A DNA stretch of 64,000 bases from a virus (Duplodnaviria; Caudoviricetes), in the IMG/VR virus record IMGVR_UViG_2974679032_000001, positions 1 to 64,000 of that record; one strand, written 5' to 3'. This document shows, in pieces, positions 18,790-28,700 of this stretch (within the stretch, counting starts at the first letter, position 1; every line of letters starts with the position of its first letter). The translations under genes were made by a program, and so were the position numbers. Under the pieces are notes generated by a model that did no database searches, was not told the origin of the DNA, and saw only the letters and a list, made by a program, of their open reading frames with translations.

Positions 18790-19293
18790 TCAGCTGGCCA
18801 GCGGGGCGATCTTCCCGGCTGTGCGAACCAGCGAGGAGGCGGTGCCGCGCTGGTAGCCGATGCCCGGCGATGCCTCGAACACGTCCATCAGCTCGATCCA
18901 AGGGTCGCAATCGTCGCCCTCCTCGTTGATGAAGGTGACGGCCTCCCAGAGCGGGCGGAAGTACGCGCCGGGGAGCATGGCCTCGATGGAGCGCGGGGCC
19001 AGGGCCACCAGCTGATCCACCAGCTCGTCGCGGCCGACGCAACCGGCCTGGCCCATCTTGGTGTCATACGGCGAGAGCACCGCGTCCAGCTCGACCAGGC
19101 CGTGCTCGGCCGAGAGGATCATCACCTTGGTGGACTGACTCATCACGCGCTCGTTGTCGATGGCCTCGGTCTGAGCGGCGGCGAGCATGTGGCGGAAGTT
19201 CGCGCTGTCGTAGAGCTTGGCGGCGGGAGCCGGGCGGTCCAGCTTGGCGGCGGCGCAAGGGATGATGACCAGCGTCTCGGCGTAGGTGCTCAT
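18790..19293 (-). CDS. DUF6884/YaaA-like protein
   Basis: IIPCAAAK..PAAKLY.S..F, ILSAEHGLV, PYDTKM. Confidence 0.7.
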   Translation of the reverse strand: MSTYAETLVIIPCAAAKLDRPAPAAKLYDSANFRHMLAAAQTEAIDNERVMSQSTKVMILSAEHGLVELDAVLSPYDTKMGQAGCVGRDELVDQLVALAPRSIEAMLPGAYFRPLWEAVTFINEEGDDCDPWIELMDVFEASPGIGYQRGTASSLVRTAGKIAPLAS

Positions 19294-19360
19294 CGTGTCG
19301 ATCTCCGATCTCCGGCGGGGCGATCCCGCCTACCCCTCTGAATATACCGACTTGGGAGGG
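19294..19360 (-). promoter_or_regulatory. promoter/leader cassette copy 1
   Basis: TATATT -10, GGCGGG-N5-CCCGCC hairpin and GGAG RBS; near-identical to 42938-43004. Confidence 0.7.
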
Positions 19361-19412
19361 CAAGCACACGTCGGTTCCGAGATCGGCCACCGCGCCGCGA
19401 TACGCTGGCCGG

Positions 19413-20183
19413 GTGCCCACCTTCGACTGGCCCATCGACCGGACCCCGCTGCCCGATCTCCCGGCCGTCGGCGACGATCCCCAGAACCCGACGCCGGAGT
19501 ACAAGACGGCGCTGATCGAGCGCAACGCCGCCGAGAGCCTGGCCGTCCAGGTGATGTTCGCGCTCTCCGGCCGACAGTTCGGCCTCTACTCGAACACCGT
19601 GCGGCCATGCCGCCAGCCGCTCCACCAGGACTGGCGCGGGTTCGCCCCAGGCGGGGTGACCTCCTACCTGCTCAGCTGGGAGGGCGACCGCTGGATCAAC
19701 TGGAGCTGCGGCTGCATCGGCTCCTGCAAGGAGACCGGCCCCAACGTAGTCCATCTCCCCGGCCCGGTCTATGACGTGACCAGCGTGAAGATCGCGGGCG
19801 CTGAGCTGCCAGCCGATCAGTGGGCGCTGGAGGAGAACAAGCTCTACCGCCGCACCGCGCCCTGGCCACCCCAGGACTTGAACCGGCCAGCCGGTGACGC
19901 CAACACCTGGAGCGTGACCTACCGGCGCGGCATCCCGGTCCCGGCGGGCGGCGCGGAGCTGACCGGCATCCTGGCGAAGGAGTTCCTGGCCGCGATCAAC
20001 TCCGGCGAGGGCAAGTGCCGCCTGCCGCGCACGGTCACCGCGGTCTCGCGCCAGGGCGTGAGTTACCGGGCCTACGATCCGGCCGTGATCTATGCCAACG
20101 GCAAGACCGGCCTGCCCGAGGTCGATCTCTGGCTGGCCTCGATCAACCCCAACCACCTCCTCGCCGCGCCGACGGTGATCTGA
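19413..20183 (+). CDS. head-to-tail adaptor
   Basis: SGRQFG, VRPC, LPGPV, WPP.QDL, CRLP..V..VSRQGV, KTGLPEVDLW. Confidence 0.8.
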   Translation: MPTFDWPIDRTPLPDLPAVGDDPQNPTPEYKTALIERNAAESLAVQVMFALSGRQFGLYSNTVRPCRQPLHQDWRGFAPGGVTSYLLSWEGDRWINWSCGCIGSCKETGPNVVHLPGPVYDVTSVKIAGAELPADQWALEENKLYRRTAPWPPQDLNRPAGDANTWSVTYRRGIPVPAGGAELTGILAKEFLAAINSGEGKCRLPRTVTAVSRQGVSYRAYDPAVIYANGKTGLPEVDLWLASINPNHLLAAPTVI

Positions 20184-20707
20184 TGGTGGACTGCCGCACC
20201 GACCCCGCCCTGGTCGTGGTCGAGGCCGTCGAGACCGCGCTGCTCGACTGGTTCGGCGCTGGCCAGTGCCCGCCCAAGGTCGGCGTCACCGAGAACGTCC
20301 GGCGCTTCGCCGGGGATGGCGCTCCGCTGGCCGCGTGGGACTCCCACGCCAGCCAGGGCTGCGAGGAGCCGTTCGTCTGGGTCCGCACGATGCGCCGCTA
20401 CCGCTCCCAGAGCTTCCCGGCCCCGGCCATCAACGCCTCGCCGTGCGGGCTGACTCGGGTGGTCGCCGTCGAGCTGGGCGTGGGCTGGTGCGCGGTGGTC
20501 GATCAGGAGCCGAGCTGGAGCGAGTACCGCACCGAGGCCGACATCAGCCAGGACGTGAGCTGGCGGCTGGAGGAGGCCCTCTGCATGGCTGCCAAGCTCA
20601 TCAGCACCGAGGACGGCGGGCGTGCAGTGGGCACAGATACGATCGCTCCGTATGGCCCCGAGGGTGGCGTGATCGCCTGGACGGCCGTCCTGTACGCGAG
20701 CTTCTGA
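20183..20707 (+). CDS. putative head-tail connector/tail terminator
   Basis: ATG overlapping the upstream stop; PYGPEGG; position. Confidence 0.6.
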   Translation: MVDCRTDPALVVVEAVETALLDWFGAGQCPPKVGVTENVRRFAGDGAPLAAWDSHASQGCEEPFVWVRTMRRYRSQSFPAPAINASPCGLTRVVAVELGVGWCAVVDQEPSWSEYRTEADISQDVSWRLEEALCMAAKLISTEDGGRAVGTDTIAPYGPEGGVIAWTAVLYASF

Positions 20708-20718
20708 GAGGGATAGAC

Positions 20719-21048
20719 ATGGCCAAGATCGTCATCGAGGGATCAATCACCCCGGCTGCTGGCCTGGCGCGCGGCGAGCGCCGCGAGGTCCAGGACTCCA
20801 AGGAGGTGCGGGCCTACGTCGCCAAGGGGTTCGCCAACGTGGTGGACGAGGAGAGCGGCGAGGTCGAGGCGGCTCCGCTGCCCGACCCGATCAAGCCTCC
20901 GGCCAAGAACGCCAGCACCGAGAAGTGGGCCGAGTTCGTCGGCGAGCATACCGACATCGAGGTGGCGGGCAAGGACCGCGAGGAGCTGCAAGCCGCCTAC
21001 GACGACTTCGTGGCCCGCTCCGGCGCTCCCGCCGCTGACGAGTCCTGA
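20719..21048 (+). CDS. hypothetical protein
   Basis: GAGGG RBS; MAKIVIEGSITP; GC3-rich frame. Confidence 0.7.
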   Translation: MAKIVIEGSITPAAGLARGERREVQDSKEVRAYVAKGFANVVDEESGEVEAAPLPDPIKPPAKNASTEKWAEFVGEHTDIEVAGKDREELQAAYDDFVARSGAPAADES

Positions 21049-21482
21049 TGGCGGCGCGGGCCACCGCGCGCATCCACATTGACGAGGCGCGCCTGGAGCG
21101 CCAGACCGGCGTGATGCTCCGGCGCAAGCACCGGAGCCTGACCCGGCGCATCGCCAACCAGGCGCGAGCGGCGGTGCCAGTGCGCACCGGGAACCTCGGC
21201 CGGACCATCGGCGAGATGCCCCAGCACTACACCCCGTTCCATGTGAGCGGCGGCGTGGAGGCCACGGCCAACTACGCCGCGCCTGTCCATGAGGGCAGCC
21301 GCCCGCATCTCATCCGCGCCCGCCATGCTCAGTACCTCCACTTCTTCTGGCACGGCCGGGAGGTGTTCCGCAAGAGCGTCTGGCATCCCGGCACGCGCGC
21401 CCGGCCGTTCCTGCGCACCTCGGCGACTAGGGTGGCGGCTCAAGACCCCGACATCCGCCTTGAGTACGTCGAGCTGGATTGA
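21048..21482 (+). CDS. HK97 gp10-like tail completion protein
   Basis: PVRTGNL, YAAPVHEG, HPGT..RPFL. Confidence 0.75.
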   Translation: MAARATARIHIDEARLERQTGVMLRRKHRSLTRRIANQARAAVPVRTGNLGRTIGEMPQHYTPFHVSGGVEATANYAAPVHEGSRPHLIRARHAQYLHFFWHGREVFRKSVWHPGTRARPFLRTSATRVAAQDPDIRLEYVELD

Positions 21483-21489
21483 GAACCTG

Positions 21490-21930
21490 ATGCGCCTCGG
21501 ATTGATCGCTGCGATGCTCGCCGCACTGGTGAGCTTCGCCGCCCCGGCCCACGCCGACAGCCCGTTCCATTGCCCTTACCCGGCGGTCTCGATGGGCGCT
21601 GATGTGCTCGGCGGCGAGGGCGAGTTCTGCGACTACCCGACCGAGGCCAACGGCGCGCACATGCACTGTGAGGCGGGCGGGTTCCACGCGGGCGGCATCG
21701 GCCTGGCGGGCGGCGACATCTTCAACTTCGGCCTGCTCTCCAACGCTGGCGCGGGCGGCTACAGCTGCACCTGGCGCTGCCCCGACAACTCGCTGGCGCT
21801 CGCGCCCAACCCGCCTGGCCAGTGGCGCGAGAAGATCGTGCTCACCGCCGAGACCAACGACTGCCGCGATCACATGGCCCCGGCCGGGAGCTGGAGCGCG
21901 CCGCCGCCGGGCGCGGTGCCGAACGACTGA
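21490..21930 (+). CDS. secreted Cys-rich protein
   Basis: Sec signal MRLGLIAAMLAALVSFAAPAHA|D; 6 Cys in the mature part. Confidence 0.7.
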   Translation: MRLGLIAAMLAALVSFAAPAHADSPFHCPYPAVSMGADVLGGEGEFCDYPTEANGAHMHCEAGGFHAGGIGLAGGDIFNFGLLSNAGAGGYSCTWRCPDNSLALAPNPPGQWREKIVLTAETNDCRDHMAPAGSWSAPPPGAVPND

Positions 21931-21996
21931 GTTCCCCGCCCTTCTCGGGCATGGTGGTATGGTCGCGTCGATGGCCTCGGACAGAAGGATCACTCT

Positions 21997-22677
21997 ATGA
22001 CCACGTTCAACGCTGACGGCTCCACCGGCCCCGCCGACGCCCAGCTGGCTCCGCCGCCCGATCTCACCGACCACGCCCAGGAGGATCGCCCGGCCATGAC
22101 CGACGCCGAGCGCGCCGAGCTGGCCGCGAGGGTGAAGGGCACCGCGACCCCGCGCACTCCCGAGGAGCGCGCCGCGCTGCTCACCGAGGACGAGCGCCGG
22201 GCCGACTACGCCGCCGCCAAGAGCCGCCAGCTGGCGGGCCTCGATCCCCAGCCCGGCGATGACGAGAAGCTCGCCGACGATCCCGACGCCGACCCCACCG
22301 TGGTCGAGGCCGAGGGGCCGGGCACCACCATCGCCCTCGCGCCGACCGTCGATGTCTCCAAGCTCGGCGAGGACTGGCCCTACGACTGGCTGGAGTTCAA
22401 GGGCGACAAGCTGGGCATCCGGCTGCCGACCCGCCAGGCGCTCGCCGCCTTCTCGCTGGCCAGCTCCAAGTACGTCAGCCTGGGCGTCAAGAACGACCTC
22501 ACCGGCCTGTTCATCGCCCGCCACCTCTCGCCGGAGAGCTACGGCCGGGTGTTCTCCCGGCTGATGGACCCCGACGAGAACGACTACGACGTGGACACGG
22601 TGGGCGAGCTGTTCAACGCCATCGTGATGGCTGCCGTCAACGCTGATAAGCCAGCGACCCCCGACGCTGCCAAGTAA
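21997..22677 (+). CDS. tail assembly chaperone
   Basis: Directly upstream of the tape measure gene. Confidence 0.7.
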   Translation: MTTFNADGSTGPADAQLAPPPDLTDHAQEDRPAMTDAERAELAARVKGTATPRTPEERAALLTEDERRADYAAAKSRQLAGLDPQPGDDEKLADDPDADPTVVEAEGPGTTIALAPTVDVSKLGEDWPYDWLEFKGDKLGIRLPTRQALAAFSLASSKYVSLGVKNDLTGLFIARHLSPESYGRVFSRLMDPDENDYDVDTVGELFNAIVMAAVNADKPATPDAAK

Positions 22678-22705
22678 TCCCACGTCACTGCGATAGCCTG
22701 ACCGG

Positions 22706-25700
22706 GTGACCGATGTCGGCAAGATCAGCCTGGGCGTTGAGCTTGACGCCAGCGATCTGTCGGCGAAGCTGGGCGAGGCGGTGCGCCGGGCCATCGCCCC
22801 GGCCCTGGCGGAGATTCAGCGCGAGCTAAACGCCGTCCAGCGCGAGTACGAGCAGACCAGCCGCTCGGCGGAGAAGTCCGGCTCGGCTCAGGCAGCTGCG
22901 GCCAAGATCGCCGCCGATGCCGTCCACAACGTGGGCGAGGAGACCGACAAGGTAGCCGCCAAGACGCGGGTGGCCTCGGGCGTGAGCGCCCGCTCGATCA
23001 ACGCCGTTACGCGGGCCTGGGAGAAGCAGACAGCCGCCATCGCGGCCAACACTGCCGCCAGGGCGGCAAACGCCGCTACGCCCACAGGAGGCGGTCCTGG
23101 GGGCGGTTCTGGTGGCGGCTCGGGAGGCGGCGGGCCTCCACGGCGCGGCGGTCCCGGTGACATCCACCGGGGCGGGTTCCTCCAGGGCGGGCGTGGCCGG
23201 TTCGGGTTCCTGACCTCCGGCCCCGGCCTCAACCTGATGGCGCTGGGCATCGGCTCGTTCCCAGCTGCGGCCACCGCCGTCACCAACCTCACCGCGTCCA
23301 TCGAGCAGCTGGCGGGCGCGGGCCTCGCGCTGCCCGGCATCTATGGCGCGGCGGCGGCGTCGATTGGCACCGCGGTGCTCGGGTTCCACGGCATGGGCGA
23401 TGCCGTCAAGGCGCTCACCGAGGCGATGAAGTCCGGCGATCCCAAGGACTTCGAGAAGGCCACCGAGGCGATGAAGGACATGGACCCAGCCGCTCAGGCT
23501 GTGGCCAAGACCGTCGCCGGGCTGGTGCGTGGCCCGCTCCTCGATCTCCAGAAGATGGTGGCCGGGCGGATGTTCGCCGGGTTCGACACCGATCTCCAGC
23601 AGACCGCCGACAAGGTGATCCCCCGGCTCTCGGGGCGGCTCGGCGAGCTGGGCACCGCCTGGAACGGCACGCTCAAGGCGATCACCAGCTCGATGCGGGA
23701 CAACCGCAACCTCAACCTGCTCGACGGCATCCTCGGCGATACCGCCACGGCTCAGACCAAGATCAACCAGAAGGTCATCGCGCCGCTCACCCACGCGCTG
23801 CTCGTCCTGACCAAGGGCGGGACCGGCGTGCTGCCGCGCCTGGCCGACGGCCTCGCGGCCGGGGCCGAGCGGTTCGACCGCTTCATCACCCACGCCGCCG
23901 AGACCGGCCAGCTGGCCAAGTGGATCAACGACGGCGTGACCGGGATGCACCAGCTCGCCGAGAGCGCGCTCAACATCCTCAAGGTCATCCACAACCTCGA
24001 CCAGGCCGCGACCGGCGGTGGGTTCCTGCCCTGGCTCCAGAAGGCCACCGGCCAGCTGGCCGCGCTCACCGGCTCGGCCTCTGGCCAGTCGGCGCTCACG
24101 CAGTTCTTCAAGGACGGCCGCGAGCAGATGGAGCAGTGGGGTCCGATCTTGCTCGACCTGGGCAAGGTGCTGCTGGACATCTATAAGGCCAGCCACATGT
24201 GGGCGGAGATTCTCCTCCCGTTCCTACACACCGCGCTCGATCTACTGACCAAGTTCCCCGGCCTGATCACCGCCGCCGGGGTGGCGCTGCTGGCCTGGAA
24301 AACCTCCACGATCTTCAAGCCGCTCATCGCGGGCCTGGACTCGGCTATCGGCAGGTTCGGCCAGCTGGAGGCGGCGGCGGTCAACGCGGGCACCGCCGTG
24401 GCTGGCGGGGCCGGTGGGTCACGACGCCAGCGGATCGCAGGCGGTGCCCGCGCCGGGCTGGGCGCGCTCGGCTCGACCAAGGGCCTCCTCGGGCTGGGGT
24501 TCATGGCGGGCGGCACGATGGAGCAGCTCAACGCCGACTCGACCGGCGACAAGGTGATCGGCGCGCTCTCCACGGTGGGCGGCTCGGCGCTGACCGGCGC
24601 GGCCATCGGCTCGGTGATCCCCGGCGTCGGCACCGCCATCGGTGCGGCCGGTGGCGCGGCGGTGGGCGCGGCGCTGGCGGGCGTCAACTTCTTGCTGGGC
24701 GAGAACGCCCAGAAGTCGCGCGAGGCCGCAGCTGCCCAGGCGGAGTACCAGGCCAGCCTCCAGCAGAGCGCGGCGGCGCTCGCGGGCCTCCAGCAAGCCC
24801 AGAAGGACGTGAACGACTCGCTCCTGACCTCCAAGGGCGATCTCACCGACGCGGGCGTCCAGGGCGCAATCGCCCAGAACCTCGGCGCGCTGCCGGACTC
24901 GATCAAGAGCCACTACGGCGAGCAGACGGCGAAGGGGTTCTCGGAGTCCCTCGGGCGGCTCGGGCTGTCCAACGCCGAGCTGGCCCAGCAGATCACCGGG
25001 GCGCAGCCACAGTTCGACGCCCTGGAGACCAACCTGCGGATGATGGGGCCGGACGGCGCGTTCGCCGCCCAGCAGCTCCAGCAGATGCGCGACCAGATTC
25101 TCGGGATGCAGGGCGCGGCTCAGACCGCCGCTCCGGCGATGGATCAGCTCGCCCAGGCCCTCCACCTCCCCGGCGCGGCCGACGCGGTGGCGGCGGTCAA
25201 GACCGCGGTGGAGTCGATCCCCAAGGATGTCCCGATCACGATGGACATGCCCAACGCTCCGGCGGTGGTGGACATCCTGCGCGGGATGGGCGAGCAGATC
25301 GACATCGTGGATGGCAAGCCCATCGTGCTCAACCCCGACGACGCCAAGGTGAAGGAGGCCGACGCCGCCCTGGAGGCGCTCGGCGTCAAGATCACCCACC
25401 TCCCCGACGGCTCGATCAAGGTGAGCATCGACCCGCTGGCGCTCCAGCGCGCTCAGATGGACATGAACTCCTTCTTTGCGCAGTACACGAACATGATTCT
25501 CCACCCCGAGATTCAGCCGCACATGGACACCAGCCAGCCGCCGCCGGGGCCGATTCCCGGCGGGCCTCCGCTGCCTCCGGCGCTGGGCGGCTGGGATACC
25601 GGCGGGCACGCCAGCGGTGGCGTGTTCCCCGGCTACGCGCCTGGCCGGGACTCGCTGTGGGCGCGCGTCTCGCCGGGCGAGGGCGTGCTGATCCCCGAGG

Positions 25701-28700
25701 CCGTGCGCGGTCTGGGCGGCTCGGCGGGCGTCTACGCGATCAACTCGATGTTCCGCTCGAACCTGAGCCGCCGGGGATACGCCAACGGCGGCATCGTCGG
25801 GTTCGATGACGGCGGCGTCCAGACCCACCTCGACCCCAACTTCTTGGGGCCGGGGCCGGGCAATGCCTCGGAGCCGAACTACGCCAAGGGCATTTACGAC
25901 ATCCTCTCCGGCCGTGAGCTGGCCCCGATGGGTCCGCTGACCAAGCTCACCAGCGACCAGATGAAGTACATGGCCGATCAGCGCGTGGCCAAGCTGCCCG
26001 GCATGAGCGGCGGCGGCATCGGCCCGTTCGGCACTCCGATCAAGCCCAAGAACCGGGCCTACGACGCGATGGCCGGGGCGCTCCAGGCCCTCGGGTTCAA
26101 GCCGGAGGAGATCATCGGGGAGAACCCGGTGGACTACTTCGAGAAGGCGTTCACCGACCAGATGCAGGCCCAGCAGCAGGCGATGACCAGCGCGGGCCAG
26201 GGCGGCGCGCTGGGCGCTGGCGGGATGAGTCCGGCCAACGCGGGCCAGATCGCCGCCGCGCTGGTGGCCTTCTCGCACTCGGGCAATCTGGCCGACGTAT
26301 CGAGCATCGGCCTTAACGCCAACTCGCCGGTCATCACCGCGATCACGTCGGCTCGGAACAAGAAGGGCGGGCTGGCCGACGACCAGATCGCCGAGCTTAT
26401 CCAGCAGATCATCGGCGGGCCGGGCTACCAGGGCGTGCTCGACACCCAGAACTCCTCCATCGTCAAGAGCCTCCAGAGCTTCCACGACCAGATGGTCAAG
26501 AAGGGCGGGGTGCCCGGCGCGGCTCCCGGCATGGGCGGGCTGCCCGGCGCGGCTGGCGCGGGCGGGCTGAACTTCGACGCGCTGATGAAGCTGGAGGCGG
26601 GCAGCAGCGGCGGCTGGCAGGCCAACACCGGCAATGGGTACTTCGGCGGTCTCCAGTTCGATCAGGGCACCTGGGACCAGTACAAGCTCCCAGGGTTCCC
26701 GGCGCGCGCCGACCAGGCCACCCGCGAGCAGCAGATTCAGGCGGCGATGAACGCGCTGGGCCAGGGCCGCACGCCGCAGAGCCTCTGGCCCGCCAACTAC
26801 TCCGCGCTCCAGCAGCCCGGCGCGACCAACGTGACCGGCGGGCTGCCCGGCGCTGGCCAGACCCCGTTCCCGGCGGTGGCCGGTGGCGTGCCCAGCGGGA
26901 TGACCGCCGACGCGATGGGCCTGATTACCTTCGCCCAGCGCGCCAGCGGCGGGGCCTACAAGTGGGGCGCGAGCGACCTGGCGGCTGGCCTGAGCGACTG
27001 CTCGGGCGCGGTCTCCGATCTGGTCGAGCTGATCACCAAGGGCCAGGCCACCCCCGAGCGGCTGTTCGACACCCACTCCGCTGGCGGCGTGCTCGCCGGG
27101 CTGGGCGCGGTCCAGGGCGCGGTGCCCGGCATGTTGCAGATCGGCTGGTCCGACGAGCACATGCGCGCCACGCTGCCCAACGGCGTCAACTTCGAGAGCG
27201 GCGGCGCGACTGGCCAGGGCGCGACCTACGGCGGCAATGCCAAGGGCGCGGCCGGTATGCCCAACATCATGTCGCTGCCGGTGACCGGCGGCGCGGCCGG
27301 GATGTACGGCGCTGGCGGGATGGGTGGCCTCGGCGGCGCTGGCGGCGTCGTGCCGGTCTACGTCACCAACTTCGGCCAGGGCGCGAACATGGCCCCGCTG
27401 TTCAAGCCGCTCGCCGACGGCCTCGCGGCCGGTGGCCAGGAGGCGGCGGGCAATGTCATCGGCGACCTCGGCGCGGGCATCAGCTCGGCGATCCAGACCC
27501 CGGCCGACCAGCGCAAGCCCAACGCGCAGCTGGCCGACCTGGTGGCCGAGCACAACCCGATGGCGCTGGCGGCGGCGCTCGGGATCAACGTCCAAGACTT
27601 CACCCGCCAGGGCGGGGCCGGGCCGGACGCGGTGACCCAGGCGGGCGGCTACGACGCCAGCGGGCGGCTGTTCTCCGACACCGCCGGGCTGATCGACCGC
27701 ACGTTCACCTCGCTCAACGCCCAGCTCGACGCGATGAAGCAGCAGCTCACCGACGCCGTGCAACAGGTCGCGGCCAAGCTCAACGACGAGGCCGTCACCC
27801 CGATCATCAAGGCGGGCGTCCAGGAGGCCCTCGGCGATCTCAAGGACTCGGTGCTCAACGGCCTGGGCACCTCCATCGGCCAGGCCGCAGCTCCGCCGAT
27901 TGCCGATGCCGTCAAGAGCGCGGTGGCCAGCCTGCCGGTCAACTCCTCGGGCGCGGCCAGCACTGGCGGCACCATCGGCTCCCAGGCGGCGGCTCCGTTC
28001 AACACCGCCCTGGGCGGGCTGTTCGCAGGCGGCGGCGCGGTCTGGGGCGGCATCCCCGGCAAGGACTCGGTGCCCATCCTGGCCCAGCAAGGCGAGTTCG
28101 TCCTGGATCGCGGCGATGTCGCGCGGATGGGCGGGGTCCACGGCGTCGAGGCGTTCCGCCGGGCGATGGAGAAGCGCGGCGGCATCCGGCACTTCGCCAC
28201 TGGTGGCGGGGTCAACGTCAACGATGTGGTCGGCGCGGAGTTCTTCGGGGTCTCCGAGGTGCCCATCATCGGCACCATCGTCAACCTCCTGGTCCGCGTG
28301 CTGCTCAAGATGATCGGCGTGGACATCGAGGCCCGCGACACGATGATGGAGATGAGCGACGACTTCCGCACATTCCGCGGTGATGCGTTCAAGGCGTTCG
28401 ACGCCCAGGGCCGTCTGCTCAACGACACCTCGGGCCTGATCGAGCGGTCGAGCACCAGCACCGAGACGGCGGCGGCTGAGCGCATCCGCATCCTCAAGAT
28501 CGTCATCCAGGCGATCATCAAGTACCTCATCGAGAAGGTCATCGTGCCCATCGCCAAGGCGGTGGCCAACTCGGTCATTCAGGCGGGCGCGAGCGCGGCC
28601 GGGGCGGCGGTCTCCGGCGCGGGCGGCGGGCCAGCTGGCGGCATCGTGTCCTCGGTGATCTCCTCGGCTGGCCAGGCTGGCGTGGACATCGCCGCCGAGG

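Noticed and set aside
22600-22705. Canonical slippery-site frameshift in the chaperone before the tape measure
   Set aside because: No XXXYYYZ heptamer seen and no room for a downstream T ORF
24419-28192. 1257-aa minus-strand ORF (likewise 4471..6642 -, 7321..9219 -, 50354..53224 +, 53758..55713 +)
   Set aside because: Antisense shadows of real high-GC3 genes; no motifs or RBS
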